The notes below the pieces were generated by a model that worked only from the letters and a program-made list of their open reading frames with translations, did not search any database and was not told the origin of the DNA. The translations under genes and the position numbers were made by a program. From a virus: a stretch of DNA of 64,000 nt. Positions 1 to 9,728 of the stretch are shown piece after piece. The DNA lies in the IMG/VR virus record IMGVR_UViG_3300025617_001484, positions 8,790-72,789 of that record. One strand, given 5' to 3'. Each line of letters opens with the position of its first letter. Within the stretch, counting starts at the first letter, position 1.

Positions 1-861
1 CATTACTATTTTCTGGTGTATACCAGTACACATTGCAGAATTGACGAATGAAAAAGAACCGGATCCCTCCGTTTTTTCCCAAATTAAAAGTTCGCCTATT
101 TTAGTTTTGTACGAGAGTTGTTTAAAAATAGATGTATCGACTGGAATTTCCTTGCCATCCCAAATAAACTTAATTTTTATTCCCTTGGTGTTTGGCTCCG
201 TTTCAAGTACCCTTTTTTTCAGTAACAACTGAGAAAGTAGAATTTCCTTATTCCATTTACAATTATCAAATATGTCTGGTAGTGGGGTGAAACTTACAGA
301 TGTACCCAGTTTATTTCTTCCTCTCTTTAGGACTTTCGGTTTTGCTGCTTTGAACTTATTCCATTCCTGATAATAATATTCCTTTGAATTGGTGGTTTCA
401 ACAGAAAAGAAGCTAGACATAGCATTAACTAAACTTACACCCATACCGTTTGTACCAATAAGGGTTTCTGCTACATCATCATTATCAAAGTTAGAACCAG
501 CTCTCAACATAGATACTGCGGTTGCGATGTTGCTCATTCCACTTTTCTTGTTGATTGTAGATCCATTTATAAAACCCTCACCAGAGTCGGTAATCTTTAT
601 GTTATTGATTTTCGAGTTAACCTCCACTGTTATAGAATCCATAGACTTTTTCATCCTTTTTGCTTCGTCTATGGAATTGGAAAAAACCTCGTCAAACAAT
701 TTGTACATACCAACCGATATTTGGTGGGAGGTCGATAGTATTTTGTCGCTTTTTACTATTGGAATCTGTTCTTCACTCAATTTAACAGATCCCACGTAAA
801 TGGTTGGTCTTTTTAAGATGTGTTCAAAATCAGAAAGTACCTGGATATCTTTAGTTGCCAT
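1..861 (-). CDS. DNA topoisomerase II large (ATPase, GyrB/gp39-like) subunit, runs off the left edge of the window
   Basis: Not in the ORF track. Manual minus-strand translation from ATG at 861 gives MATKDIQVLSDFEHILKRPTIYVGS...KLFDEVFSNSIDE...IGTNGMGVSLVN, the GHKL motifs of type II topoisomerases. Confidence 0.9.
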   Translation of the reverse strand, partial: MATKDIQVLSDFEHILKRPTIYVGSVKLSEEQIPIVKSDKILSTSHQISVGMYKLFDEVFSNSIDEAKRMKKSMDSITVEVNSKINNIKITDSGEGFINGSTINKKSGMSNIATAVSMLRAGSNFDNDDVAETLIGTNGMGVSLVNAMSSFFSVETTNSKEYYYQEWNKFKAAKPKVLKRGRNKLGTSVSFTPLPDIFDNCKWNKEILLSQLLLKKRVLETEPNTKGIKIKFIWDGKEIPVDTSIFKQLSYKTKIGELLIWEKTEGSGSFSFVNSAMCTGIHQKIVM

Positions 862-910
862 TAAAGTTGTTATTTGGTTTTTATATGATCTTTATTGAAT
901 ATAATTTCAC

Positions 911-934
911 AAAAAAAGCGGGAGGACCCGCTTT
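911..934 (-). terminator. Intrinsic terminator
   Basis: Stem AAAGCGGG/CCCGCTTT with a 4-nt loop, followed by a T-run on the minus strand, just downstream of the 957-1487 gene. Confidence 0.75.
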
Positions 935-956
935 ATATTGTTTTTATGGTTTTATT

Positions 957-1487
957 TTATTCACCAGCAGGATCGAAGTAAATCTCTTCGATCTTAATAG
1001 GTAGAATCTTTGCCTCATACCCTTTATCCTTAAGTGATGCTGGGATACCAATAACGTAATCCTTACCCTCTATGTTTTCTATTCTATCAACTATGAATTC
1101 AGAATCGAAGAAGATAGTTCTTTTGTCTCCAAACCTATTTAGGTCAAAGTCAAAGTCTTTTGGGTCTTCACTACCATCTATTTTTTTCCCGATAGTTGAC
1201 TTATACTGTCTTGCAAGTCTTTCTCTCTCCTTGTTGATTATATCCTGAACGTAGTCAGGAGCACCCTTTCCTTGTGTTGGTACGTCAGCTATGATTGTGA
1301 TACTTTCAATTTGTCCAGACTCCTTCTGTGCAAGCATATCCCTCAAAGCAGGAATTACTTCAGAATATTTAAGTTCCATCTCTGGTCTTATATTAACATT
1401 CTTTCTAAACTTGCTCTCGTCATAAACTAGCGTAGCAGCTTCGTTTAGAGATTTACTAAATTCTTCGTATAATTTTAGGTTATTCAT
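957..1487 (-). CDS. Hypothetical protein with capsid-targeting-like N-terminus
   Basis: 176 aa ORF starting MNNLKLYEEFSKSLNE; GATATATA motif upstream at 1507-1514. Confidence 0.75.
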   Translation of the reverse strand: MNNLKLYEEFSKSLNEAATLVYDESKFRKNVNIRPEMELKYSEVIPALRDMLAQKESGQIESITIIADVPTQGKGAPDYVQDIINKERERLARQYKSTIGKKIDGSEDPKDFDFDLNRFGDKRTIFFDSEFIVDRIENIEGKDYVIGIPASLKDKGYEAKILPIKIEEIYFDPAGE

Positions 1488-1505
1488 TTCTTAAAATTTG
1501 TTTTT

Positions 1506-1787
1506 TTATATATCTCCTGAGCTGATGTGTTTGTATATCCTAACCTTAAGTTCAGTAGTTCCCTTAATTAATCTGTGCCAAGATCTAGATTTTACAAAAA
1601 TCAATCCCTCGCACTTTTTCGGAAATTCGTTGTCAAACTGATAGCTCCAATCGTTTTCATTAAGAAATTCAACGTCTCTATCCTCCCAATCTTGGTGCCA
1701 TTTTAATTCAAGGTCTGATATATCAGGAGAGAATGTTCTTACTATTTCATTCTCGGAGATTAATTCCTCACTATATGGGTTTACCAC
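1506..1787 (-). CDS. Small cupin-like hypothetical protein
   Basis: 93 aa; WHQDxEDR...WHRLIKG pattern resembles cupin His motifs; overlaps the upstream gene. Confidence 0.55.
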   Translation of the reverse strand: MVNPYSEELISENEIVRTFSPDISDLELKWHQDWEDRDVEFLNENDWSYQFDNEFPKKCEGLIFVKSRSWHRLIKGTTELKVRIYKHISSGDI

Positions 1788-2338
1788 GGGTTGCTAGATT
1801 TGAGTCCCAGTAGTTTATGGTACCTATGAACATTACAAGACCAGTATCTAGGTTTCCATTTAGGTCCTGGATCTGAACATCTGTGCCTGGCTCTGAAAGA
1901 TTTAGAAGCCTTCTTGTCATCATTTTTTATCCTTTGTCCAGGTTGACCAAATCTTACCTTGACAACCTTACCGTCTCCATTCTTAGTGTAAACCGCAAAT
2001 TTTCTAGATTCACCGGTAGTTCTAAAAGGTTTATTCAATTTTACCTTTCTCCCTTGATATTCTTCCTCATTAATTTCAAAAGGAACATCCAGAATTACCT
2101 CTTCCTCCTTATAAAGACCTCTAGAACCCGCTTCAGTACTTATGAGAAAAACGTCATCCATATCTAGGTCAATCTCCTCGTTTAACCAAAGAACCCTAGA
2201 TTCGTTAATTAAATCCAACCAGGAGTCAGATTCTATTCTATAAACGCTCTCCATCAAAGAAAGACCCCCATCGATATGATACCTTAGAGATTCACTTATG
2301 TTATCTGATGTGAACGTGGTAAATTTTTTTAATTCCAT
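1781..2338 (-). CDS. Conserved phage protein with basic, Cys/His-containing C-terminal domain
   Basis: 185 aa; C-terminal KVVKVRFG...SFRARHRC...PRYWSC domain of a type common in large myophages; N-terminus MELKKFTTF...ISE. Confidence 0.7.
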   Translation of the reverse strand: MELKKFTTFTSDNISESLRYHIDGGLSLMESVYRIESDSWLDLINESRVLWLNEEIDLDMDDVFLISTEAGSRGLYKEEEVILDVPFEINEEEYQGRKVKLNKPFRTTGESRKFAVYTKNGDGKVVKVRFGQPGQRIKNDDKKASKSFRARHRCSDPGPKWKPRYWSCNVHRYHKLLGLKSSNPW

Positions 2339-2352
2339 AATCTATATATCGC

Positions 2353-4107
2353 CTAGGTATCGAATATAGAGGTATTTTGAGAGGATACCTCGTATACATT
2401 TTCATTGACTATTAATATGTCTACAACGCCATCTATTAAATGTTTAAATGCTTCAACAGAAGTATTTATAATGGGTTCCCCGTGAACATTAAAAGAGGTA
2501 TTCATAAGAACAGGTATTCCGGTTATGTCGTTAAATTCCAGAAGTATCGGGAAAAAAGGTTTGTTATTTTCTTTGACAATCTGAATCCTCGAGGTGTTAT
2601 CAAATTTATTAATAACCCCAGGTATCTTGTGGACCCATTCGTCCTTTACATTATAACATATAGTCATGAATTGAGAAGCATACTTGGATTTATAGCAATG
2701 AAAGGGAATGTTCTCAAATCCATCCATCACAACAGGGGCAAAAGGCATAACCTCATTTCTGTTTAACCTTCTGTTTACATATTCCTGTGCATCATTCCTT
2801 CGCGGATCGAATAATATCGAAGTCCCACCAAGAGCTCTTGGACCCCACTCCCTCCGATTTGAAAAAACACCAACAACCTTGCCCATTTCTAAAGATTTGG
2901 CAATGTATTCTGCTGAAAATTTGGAAATAGATAATTCACCAGGTACTTCAGAAACTTTTGTCTCATTACCCCAAAAAACATTGTCTATACTACAGACATC
3001 GAACTCTCCCAATTCATTTGCCTTAGCTATTGCAGCACCAAGTGCAAGGCCACCGTCGGTCATACCAGGAGAGATAAAGATCTCATCGAATTCTGAAAGC
3101 TCGTTTATTTTTTGGTTAACCTTTACATTAGAAAATAAACCACCAGCAAGAGCTAATTTTTTTATGTGCGGATATTTTTTCTTGATATCCTGTATTGCAT
3201 CCAAGAAGTAATTTTCAGTAAGATATTGAAGCATATAGGAAGCATCCTTCCTAACATTTGAATCCTTTAAATCCAAAGAAGTAAAATAGGAGTAGCATGG
3301 TCCGTGATGTTTCCATTGTAGACTTCCATCATACTTAAAATAATCACCCAAGGAATCATACATTTCTTGGTTGAAAGATCCTTGTGCAGCTAAGCCTACG
3401 ATCTTACCCTCGTCCTTACCACCAAACATCCCGCATAAATGACAAAATGAATTCCAGAAGGCAGCTATCGAATCAAAACCTCTTACCTCCTCCTTCATGG
3501 TAAGATTACCTTCGCTTCCAATATACAGAGAAGCCCTACAACTACTCTGGGTATGCTCTGGTTTATACCACCATGAATCCTCCCATATTTGCAACTGACA
3601 TGGAAGATCTTCGGATTTTTTTGCTACTTTGGCTAATTCTATCCATTCCTCCTCAGGGACATCTGGTTCTCTCCTAGGTAAAGATTGACCTCTTATCTTT
3701 TGAAGTACACTAGCATCCAGCACACTGTCAGAAATACCATTGCCATCTCCACCATCGTAAGTCAAAACAAGAGTATCCTCACTGAATCCCGAAAGGTAAT
3801 AAGCTGTACATGCGTGTGAATAGTGATGTCCGTATAGGAAGATATCCTTTTTTTCCACTATTTTCTCCAGGTAATCCAAACCACATAGAACTGCTTTAGG
3901 CATAACTACTATCACATCATCATCAAACGGGGATATTCCTACATCACCTAATGCTTTCAACGAGTAGTCAGGAAAAGCAAATTGGTTAAATACACCCTTA
4001 ACTCTTTTAAACCTTTCTTCCTCAAAAGCGTATTTAATGTTTCCATCCTCAATATAAGCTACACCACAATCGTGTGTAACTGCTGAAATAGACAGTATCT
4101 TTGCCAT
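2353..4107 (-). CDS. Carbamoyltransferase, NodU/CmcH/TobZ family
   Basis: HD..., EEERFxRxK, HHxSHA, EGKxxGLA, LAGGLFSNV, DGGLALGA, ExGPRALG, MPFAP, NTSFNVHGEPI motifs. Confidence 0.93.
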   Translation of the reverse strand: MAKILSISAVTHDCGVAYIEDGNIKYAFEEERFKRVKGVFNQFAFPDYSLKALGDVGISPFDDDVIVVMPKAVLCGLDYLEKIVEKKDIFLYGHHYSHACTAYYLSGFSEDTLVLTYDGGDGNGISDSVLDASVLQKIRGQSLPRREPDVPEEEWIELAKVAKKSEDLPCQLQIWEDSWWYKPEHTQSSCRASLYIGSEGNLTMKEEVRGFDSIAAFWNSFCHLCGMFGGKDEGKIVGLAAQGSFNQEMYDSLGDYFKYDGSLQWKHHGPCYSYFTSLDLKDSNVRKDASYMLQYLTENYFLDAIQDIKKKYPHIKKLALAGGLFSNVKVNQKINELSEFDEIFISPGMTDGGLALGAAIAKANELGEFDVCSIDNVFWGNETKVSEVPGELSISKFSAEYIAKSLEMGKVVGVFSNRREWGPRALGGTSILFDPRRNDAQEYVNRRLNRNEVMPFAPVVMDGFENIPFHCYKSKYASQFMTICYNVKDEWVHKIPGVINKFDNTSRIQIVKENNKPFFPILLEFNDITGIPVLMNTSFNVHGEPIINTSVEAFKHLIDGVVDILIVNENVYEVSSQNTSIFDT

Positions 4108-4124
4108 AGAATTGCTATTAGACT

Positions 4125-5393
4125 TTACTTGGATTTTTTGCTTTTTAACATCTCTGCCTTCTGAGCAGCTGCTTTCCTGTAATGATCAAGATTTTTAAGT
4201 ATTCTATTTCTTTCATTCTCTGGTAGTGTTGGAAAGAAATCCATCTTTATAATAGCCTCAGTTTTTTCAAAGGCAACCTCAGGATTTCCAGTGTGGAAGG
4301 CAGATAATGCATATTCATCCAAAAGTCTCCATTGCCAAACTTCTGGTTCGACAAATAGAATATCAGATGTGCCTGGATTTTTTGTTGCCATATTACCATA
4401 AGTAAAAGAAAGAACCCATCTTCCCCTCTCCCTAAGTTTTCTCATTACGTGGAAAACTGCTTCGAGCCTTTCTGGTCTATATTCCCAAGCACGAGAGTAA
4501 GCTTGTATAACTTCATCAGGATGTCTACCAAGTTGCTCCTTTATCTTCCCTATCATGTACATTGAATAATAAACCTCTTCTTCCCATCCACCAGCTTCTA
4601 TTCTTCTCTCATAAGCATCTATAGCCTTAAGCTTTTGCCCAGAGTCTCTGTAGCTTTGAGCTAGATAAAACATATATCTAGCATTTTCAGGCTCATCTTT
4701 TAGTGCTTTTTCCAGAATCTCCGCATCGTTTGCATATTTTTCCTCCAGACTATTGGCTCTTTTAAGAGGGCTGATATCTGCATCCACGTGACATCTATCC
4801 GATGGTATTTGATACTGTATTAATTGTTCCTTACCAGGCAAATCCAAATATTCATGAAGTACCCCTTTATAAACCCAATCCTGATCTGACTTTACAATCT
4901 GAGCACGGTGATATTGTAAATTATTTAACCTATAGAGGATTTGAAAACAGTCTACGTCTTTTGGCAAACTATGAAATGGGTTTACTCCATTATTAGGGGA
5001 CTGGAAAGTATCATCCGCATCGATTATCCATCTATAATCACACTTTCCCTTTGACAGTTCCAAACTTTCAGTACGGTTTACTTCAAAATTAACCCAAGGT
5101 CTTTCGTGAACCTCTCCCTCAATACCTAGATCCTCCATAGTTGAATTGATCTCATCAATTGTATTGTCAGAAGAACCGGTGTCGACTATTACGTAGTATG
5201 AAATATATGGAGCAACCTGGGTCAAACACTTTCTTATGGTATCACCCTCGTCCTTTACTATCATCACCAAACATAAACTTATGCTTTGTTGGCTTTGATC
5301 AGAATTATTAAGATTCTGGGAATGTGTTAATTTTTTAGATGATGATTGCTTGGAAATCTTTGTTGATTTTTTCTTTTTGGTTTTAGATGCCAT
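4125..5393 (-). CDS. Family 2 glycosyltransferase with C-terminal TPR repeats
   Basis: LCLVMIVKDE, VDTGSSDNT, IDADD (DxD), GVLHE, then TPR-like FYLAQSYRD helices; Lys/Ser-rich N-terminal extension. Confidence 0.9.
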   Translation of the reverse strand: MASKTKKKKSTKISKQSSSKKLTHSQNLNNSDQSQQSISLCLVMIVKDEGDTIRKCLTQVAPYISYYVIVDTGSSDNTIDEINSTMEDLGIEGEVHERPWVNFEVNRTESLELSKGKCDYRWIIDADDTFQSPNNGVNPFHSLPKDVDCFQILYRLNNLQYHRAQIVKSDQDWVYKGVLHEYLDLPGKEQLIQYQIPSDRCHVDADISPLKRANSLEEKYANDAEILEKALKDEPENARYMFYLAQSYRDSGQKLKAIDAYERRIEAGGWEEEVYYSMYMIGKIKEQLGRHPDEVIQAYSRAWEYRPERLEAVFHVMRKLRERGRWVLSFTYGNMATKNPGTSDILFVEPEVWQWRLLDEYALSAFHTGNPEVAFEKTEAIIKMDFFPTLPENERNRILKNLDHYRKAAAQKAEMLKSKKSK

Positions 5394-5451
5394 AGAAACT
5401 TTAAATAATATCGTTTCTATTTATATCCAAATAATTAGAAAAATTTCATCC

Positions 5452-6153
5452 TTATCCTCTATCTAATGAGGTAATTCTCTCAAGTATCAATTCGTCATTT
5501 AGAGTTAAAGTAAAATCGCCAACAGCTTTTATGTTTTTACCTTTCCTTTTAGAAACCAAATCTATTGTTACATATCCGGTTTCATCATCAGACAATTTTA
5601 TAGCTCTTTCTTTCTCTTTTTCACAGATTGGATCTAACGAAGTTCTGCTCATACCAGTTCCGTTCCAGTAAACAAGGGTTAAGTTATCTATTTTCCCATC
5701 AAGAACTTTAACTACCTGGTTTTCCCTTAGACATTCTATCTTTAAACTAGAACCAGATTTTCTAAACCTGGTGGAAAAAGTTAATAAAAAATATCCACGT
5801 CCATACAGGAGTCCAGGAATTGTGCTGTTTTTAGCGGAAAATAAAGGAAGAGATCCCTGGAATCTATGCCTCTTAAATCTAACCCCAAGCTCCATAAAAG
5901 ATTTCTCTATTATAGACATCAGATCATCAACATCCGTATCTGGGAGATCGAAAATAACATGTGGGTGTTTACCACCTATAACCTTGGGTATCTTTATATG
6001 TACGTCGGAAAAATATTTTAGATAATTTAAAATAACTTCCAGTATGGTATCAAGTTGATCCTTCTCAGAAAGACTTACTTTTTTATTGTGGTCTATCTCA
6101 GACTGAATCTGAGAAAGAAAATCCTCAATTACTTTTTCTTTATGAACGCTCAT
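5452..6153 (-). CDS. Hypothetical protein
   Basis: 233 aa ORF tightly packed with co-oriented neighbours; no motif recognised. Confidence 0.7.
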   Translation of the reverse strand: MSVHKEKVIEDFLSQIQSEIDHNKKVSLSEKDQLDTILEVILNYLKYFSDVHIKIPKVIGGKHPHVIFDLPDTDVDDLMSIIEKSFMELGVRFKRHRFQGSLPLFSAKNSTIPGLLYGRGYFLLTFSTRFRKSGSSLKIECLRENQVVKVLDGKIDNLTLVYWNGTGMSRTSLDPICEKEKERAIKLSDDETGYVTIDLVSKRKGKNIKAVGDFTLTLNDELILERITSLDRG

Positions 6154-6574
6154 CTTTATCTTTTATTCTTTTCCAGGAGTAGTCTGTATCTAGCTTAAAG
6201 TGGCCATAATATGGTATTTTTCTTCCCCACTCCCGTGGTGATATTAAGCTTGAAAAAACTTCACCTTTAGAATTTTCATAGAGATATATCTCAGTTCCTA
6301 TATGTGCTTCAAAGGACATGTTAGAATTCCAAACAAGCTCGTTATCCTCAAACTCCTTAAGTAGAGAAGAGATCTGTTCTTTGATCTCTTCAGCTCTTTT
6401 TCCAAATTTATGATTTGAGTTGGCTGCTGCTCTTTGTTTAAATAGAGAAAGTCCAGATATATCTATTTTCGGAGAGGAAACTGAAGTAGCATATGGCTTA
6501 AGAAAAGCGTCATATTTTCCACTTTCCTCATCATAAATAATACTATCAGGAAGTTTTTTCTTTTTTTCCTTCAT
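6140..6574 (-). CDS. DUF2452-like protein (Bacteroidota-type)
   Basis: PYATSVSSPKI...FEAHIGTEIYLYE...SLISPREW pattern. Confidence 0.65.
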   Translation of the reverse strand: MKEKKKKLPDSIIYDEESGKYDAFLKPYATSVSSPKIDISGLSLFKQRAAANSNHKFGKRAEEIKEQISSLLKEFEDNELVWNSNMSFEAHIGTEIYLYENSKGEVFSSLISPREWGRKIPYYGHFKLDTDYSWKRIKDKDERS

Positions 6575-7214
6575 CCTTTGATTTGTATTGGAGACCTATC
6601 TTATTAAGGAGCTGTTTATAAACGGTTTCTATTTTCTTAGAAGCATCTATTTTTACGAGTTTTCTGCTTTTCTTGTATTTTTTAATAAGAGGGAGAGTCT
6701 TTTCCTTGTATTCATTAAACCTTTTGGATATTACCTCAGTATCTTTATCATCATCACGGTTTTCCTTTTCAGATCTCTTGGAAATCCTTTCCTTGGCTTT
6801 ATCTTCATCCAAGTCCAAGTAAATAACATGATTAAGTCCTACTCCCATTTTCCCAAGCAAAGAATCCAACATCTTGGATTGCTTAACATTTCTCGGAAAT
6901 CCGTCAATAATAATTCCTTTCTCAAGATCAGCTTTACCTAATGCTTTTCTTAACATCCTTACCATGACTCTATCTGGTATGAAGTCGCCTTTTTTTACAA
7001 TCTTCTTAAGCTCCTCGTCTTCTGAATTACGTATAAGGTCCCCAGTAGAAATGTGTGTAAAGTCATTTTTGTCCACTAACCTCTTAGATATAGTTCCCTT
7101 ACCAGAACCAGGAGGTCCCAGAATAACAAGGATTTCTCCCTGCTTATCTGGTATTTCCCTTTCGTTTATATCGTCTTTGTTTACAAAGCTCTCAAAATTT
7201 TTAACTTTATTCAT
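6546..7214 (-). CDS. adk: Adenylate kinase (short LID) with N-terminal extension
   Basis: P-loop GPPGSGKGT, HISTGDLIR, IIDGFPRNVKQ, RxDD. Confidence 0.93.
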   Translation of the reverse strand: MNKVKNFESFVNKDDINEREIPDKQGEILVILGPPGSGKGTISKRLVDKNDFTHISTGDLIRNSEDEELKKIVKKGDFIPDRVMVRMLRKALGKADLEKGIIIDGFPRNVKQSKMLDSLLGKMGVGLNHVIYLDLDEDKAKERISKRSEKENRDDDKDTEVISKRFNEYKEKTLPLIKKYKKSRKLVKIDASKKIETVYKQLLNKIGLQYKSKDEGKKEKTS

Positions 7215-7232
7215 CTTAGTAATTAGATTGTT

Positions 7233-9713
7233 TTATGAACCACAAGCTAGACAATCATCCGGATTGTCAAGACTACAGGATAAATCATTCATAGTCTGAT
7301 CTGCAAGTGCCTTTAGTTCTTCGCTTGCTGATTTAGTCTTCTCCTCAACAACCTCTGGTTTGGGATCTGGTTTTGGTTCCTCTTTCCTTACATCTTTATA
7401 TTTACTTGTGTCTATACCAAGGCCTGAAAGTGCATCTACAGCAGCTTTTGTTCTTAAATAATACATGCCTGTTTTAAGACCAAGTTTCCATGAATGGAAG
7501 TGAGCAGCTGTTAATTTAGCTGCGTTTACACCCTCGATAAACAAGTTTAAAGATTGAGATTGGCAGATAAATTTACCTCTATCGGCTGACATCTCTATTA
7601 GATCTTTTTGCTTGAGTTCCCAAACAGTCTTATAGATTTCTTTGATGTCGTCTGGAATGTTTGGTATATGCTGAACAGATCCCTTGTGTATAATAATCAT
7701 ATTCTTCATATCCTCGTCCCATAGGTCAAGAGCAATTAAATCTCTTACTAGGTGTTTATTAATGATTACATATTCACCACTAAGAGTTCTCCTAGTATAA
7801 ATATTTGATGTAAAAGGCTCAAAAGCCTCGTTGTTACCCATTATTTGAGCAGTCGAAGCAGTCGGCATAGGTGCAAGAAGCAAAGAGTTTCTTACACCAC
7901 TCTTCACGACTTCCTTCCTTAATTTTTTCCAGTCCCAACGCCCAGAAAGATCCTCGTCATTTACTTGCCATAGGTTATATTGGAATTTCCCTTCACTTAA
8001 AGGAGACCCTTCAAAGGTTTCATAAGCACCAAACTTTTTAGCTAAGTCTTTGGATGCTGTCATAGCAGCAAAGTAGATAGTTTCAAATATCTCTGAATTA
8101 ACCCTTCTAGCCTCTTCAGATGTAAACGGTATTCCCATCGTAGCGAAAAGGTCTGCAAGTCCTTGTATTCCAATCCCAATGGGTCTGTGTTTCATATTAG
8201 ACCTTTTTGTCTCTGGTGTAGGATAAAAGTTAACATCTATAACCTTATTTAAGTTAACTGCAGTTTGATAAGAAACATCATAAAGATAATCATGGTCAAC
8301 ATCGCATTTTCCTCTTAGTATCTTATTTGTTCTTGCATCTGTGGATTTCAGAAACTTGTTTACTGGTATAGACGCAAGATTACAAACTGCTTGTTCATCC
8401 TTGTCAGTGTATTCTATAATCTCACAACAGAGGTTCGAAGATTTTATGGTACCAAGATTTTGTTGGTTTGATTTTCTGTTAGCAGAATCCTTATAAAGAA
8501 TATACGGGGTTCCAGTTTCTATTTGAGATTCTATAATTTTAGACCATAATTCCCTTGCTTTTATGGTCTTCTTAGCTTTACCAGCTTCTTCTGCTGCTAG
8601 ATATTTTTCGTTAAATTCTTGTCCATAGACCTCATGCAAATCCGGAACTTCCGAAGGAGAAAACAGCGACCAATTTTCGTTCTTCTCAACTCTTTCCATA
8701 AAAAGGTCAGAAACCCAAAGTGCCAAGAATAAATCTCTAGCTCTTCTTTCTTCCTTACCTGTATTTTTTCTCAAATCCAAGAAATCCTCAACGTCAGCGT
8801 GCCACGGTTCCAAGTAAATAGCAAAAGATCCCTTTCTCTTACCTCCACCCTGATCTACATATCTTGCCGTTTCGTTGAATACCTTAAGCATCGGAACAAT
8901 ACCATTGGACTTACCATTAGTTCCTCTGATGTAAGAACCAGTAGCTCTCACATTGTGTATAGCTAATCCTATTCCACCAGCATTTTGAGAAATCATAGCA
9001 ACATCGGAAAGAGTCTTATAAATTCCAGGAATTGAATCCTCCTGTACTGTCAATAGAAAACAAGAAGAGAGCTGAGGTTTCTTTGTACCTGAATTAAACA
9101 GAGTTGGAGTTGCATGTGTCATCATATGAGTAGAGAGAAGCTCATATGTCTTCAGGACATTCTTAGTATCTTCGCCCCAAATTCCCACTGCAACACGCAT
9201 GTACATATGCTGAGGGGTTTCTGCTGGGATACCATGCATCTTTAATAGATAACTCTTTTCCAAAGTTTTAAACCCAAAGTATTCAAATCCAAAATCCCTG
9301 TCGTGAATGATAGCAGAATCAAACTTGTTCTTATTCTTCATTACTGCCTGATAGGTCTCTTCTCCGATTAAACCCGCTGCCTTTCCAGTTTCAGGGTCTA
9401 TATAGGAATAAAGATCCTCGACAGTTTCTGAGAATTTTTTCTTCGTTGATTTATGAAGCCTTGATATTGCTATTCTTGCTGCTAAAATGGAATAGTCAGG
9501 ATGGCTTGGTATTAATGATGCTGCTGTTTCAGCAGTAAGATTGTCAAGCTCACCTGTTGATATACCGTCATAAATACCGGCAATCACCTTTTGTGAAATT
9601 CCCATCCAGTCAACAAAATCACTGTTTAGACCGTATGTCATCTTTTTTACACGGTTAGAAATCTTATCAAATCTAACAGCCTCTTTGGATCCGTCTCTCT
9701 TAGTTACGTACAT
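7233..9713 (-). CDS. nrdA: Class Ia ribonucleotide reductase alpha subunit
   Basis: N-terminal ATP-cone (MYVTKRDG), ATPTLFN, SSCF, SNLCCEI, APMPTAST, YYLR, C-terminal CLACGS. Confidence 0.98.
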   Translation of the reverse strand: MYVTKRDGSKEAVRFDKISNRVKKMTYGLNSDFVDWMGISQKVIAGIYDGISTGELDNLTAETAASLIPSHPDYSILAARIAISRLHKSTKKKFSETVEDLYSYIDPETGKAAGLIGEETYQAVMKNKNKFDSAIIHDRDFGFEYFGFKTLEKSYLLKMHGIPAETPQHMYMRVAVGIWGEDTKNVLKTYELLSTHMMTHATPTLFNSGTKKPQLSSCFLLTVQEDSIPGIYKTLSDVAMISQNAGGIGLAIHNVRATGSYIRGTNGKSNGIVPMLKVFNETARYVDQGGGKRKGSFAIYLEPWHADVEDFLDLRKNTGKEERRARDLFLALWVSDLFMERVEKNENWSLFSPSEVPDLHEVYGQEFNEKYLAAEEAGKAKKTIKARELWSKIIESQIETGTPYILYKDSANRKSNQQNLGTIKSSNLCCEIIEYTDKDEQAVCNLASIPVNKFLKSTDARTNKILRGKCDVDHDYLYDVSYQTAVNLNKVIDVNFYPTPETKRSNMKHRPIGIGIQGLADLFATMGIPFTSEEARRVNSEIFETIYFAAMTASKDLAKKFGAYETFEGSPLSEGKFQYNLWQVNDEDLSGRWDWKKLRKEVVKSGVRNSLLLAPMPTASTAQIMGNNEAFEPFTSNIYTRRTLSGEYVIINKHLVRDLIALDLWDEDMKNMIIIHKGSVQHIPNIPDDIKEIYKTVWELKQKDLIEMSADRGKFICQSQSLNLFIEGVNAAKLTAAHFHSWKLGLKTGMYYLRTKAAVDALSGLGIDTSKYKDVRKEEPKPDPKPEVVEEKTKSASEELKALADQTMNDLSCSLDNPDDCLACGS

Positions 9714-9728
9714 GTTTTTATTTTATTT

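Noticed and set aside
41-799. Plus-strand ORFs 41-232 and 389-799
   Set aside because: They are antisense shadows of the minus-strand topoisomerase II gene.
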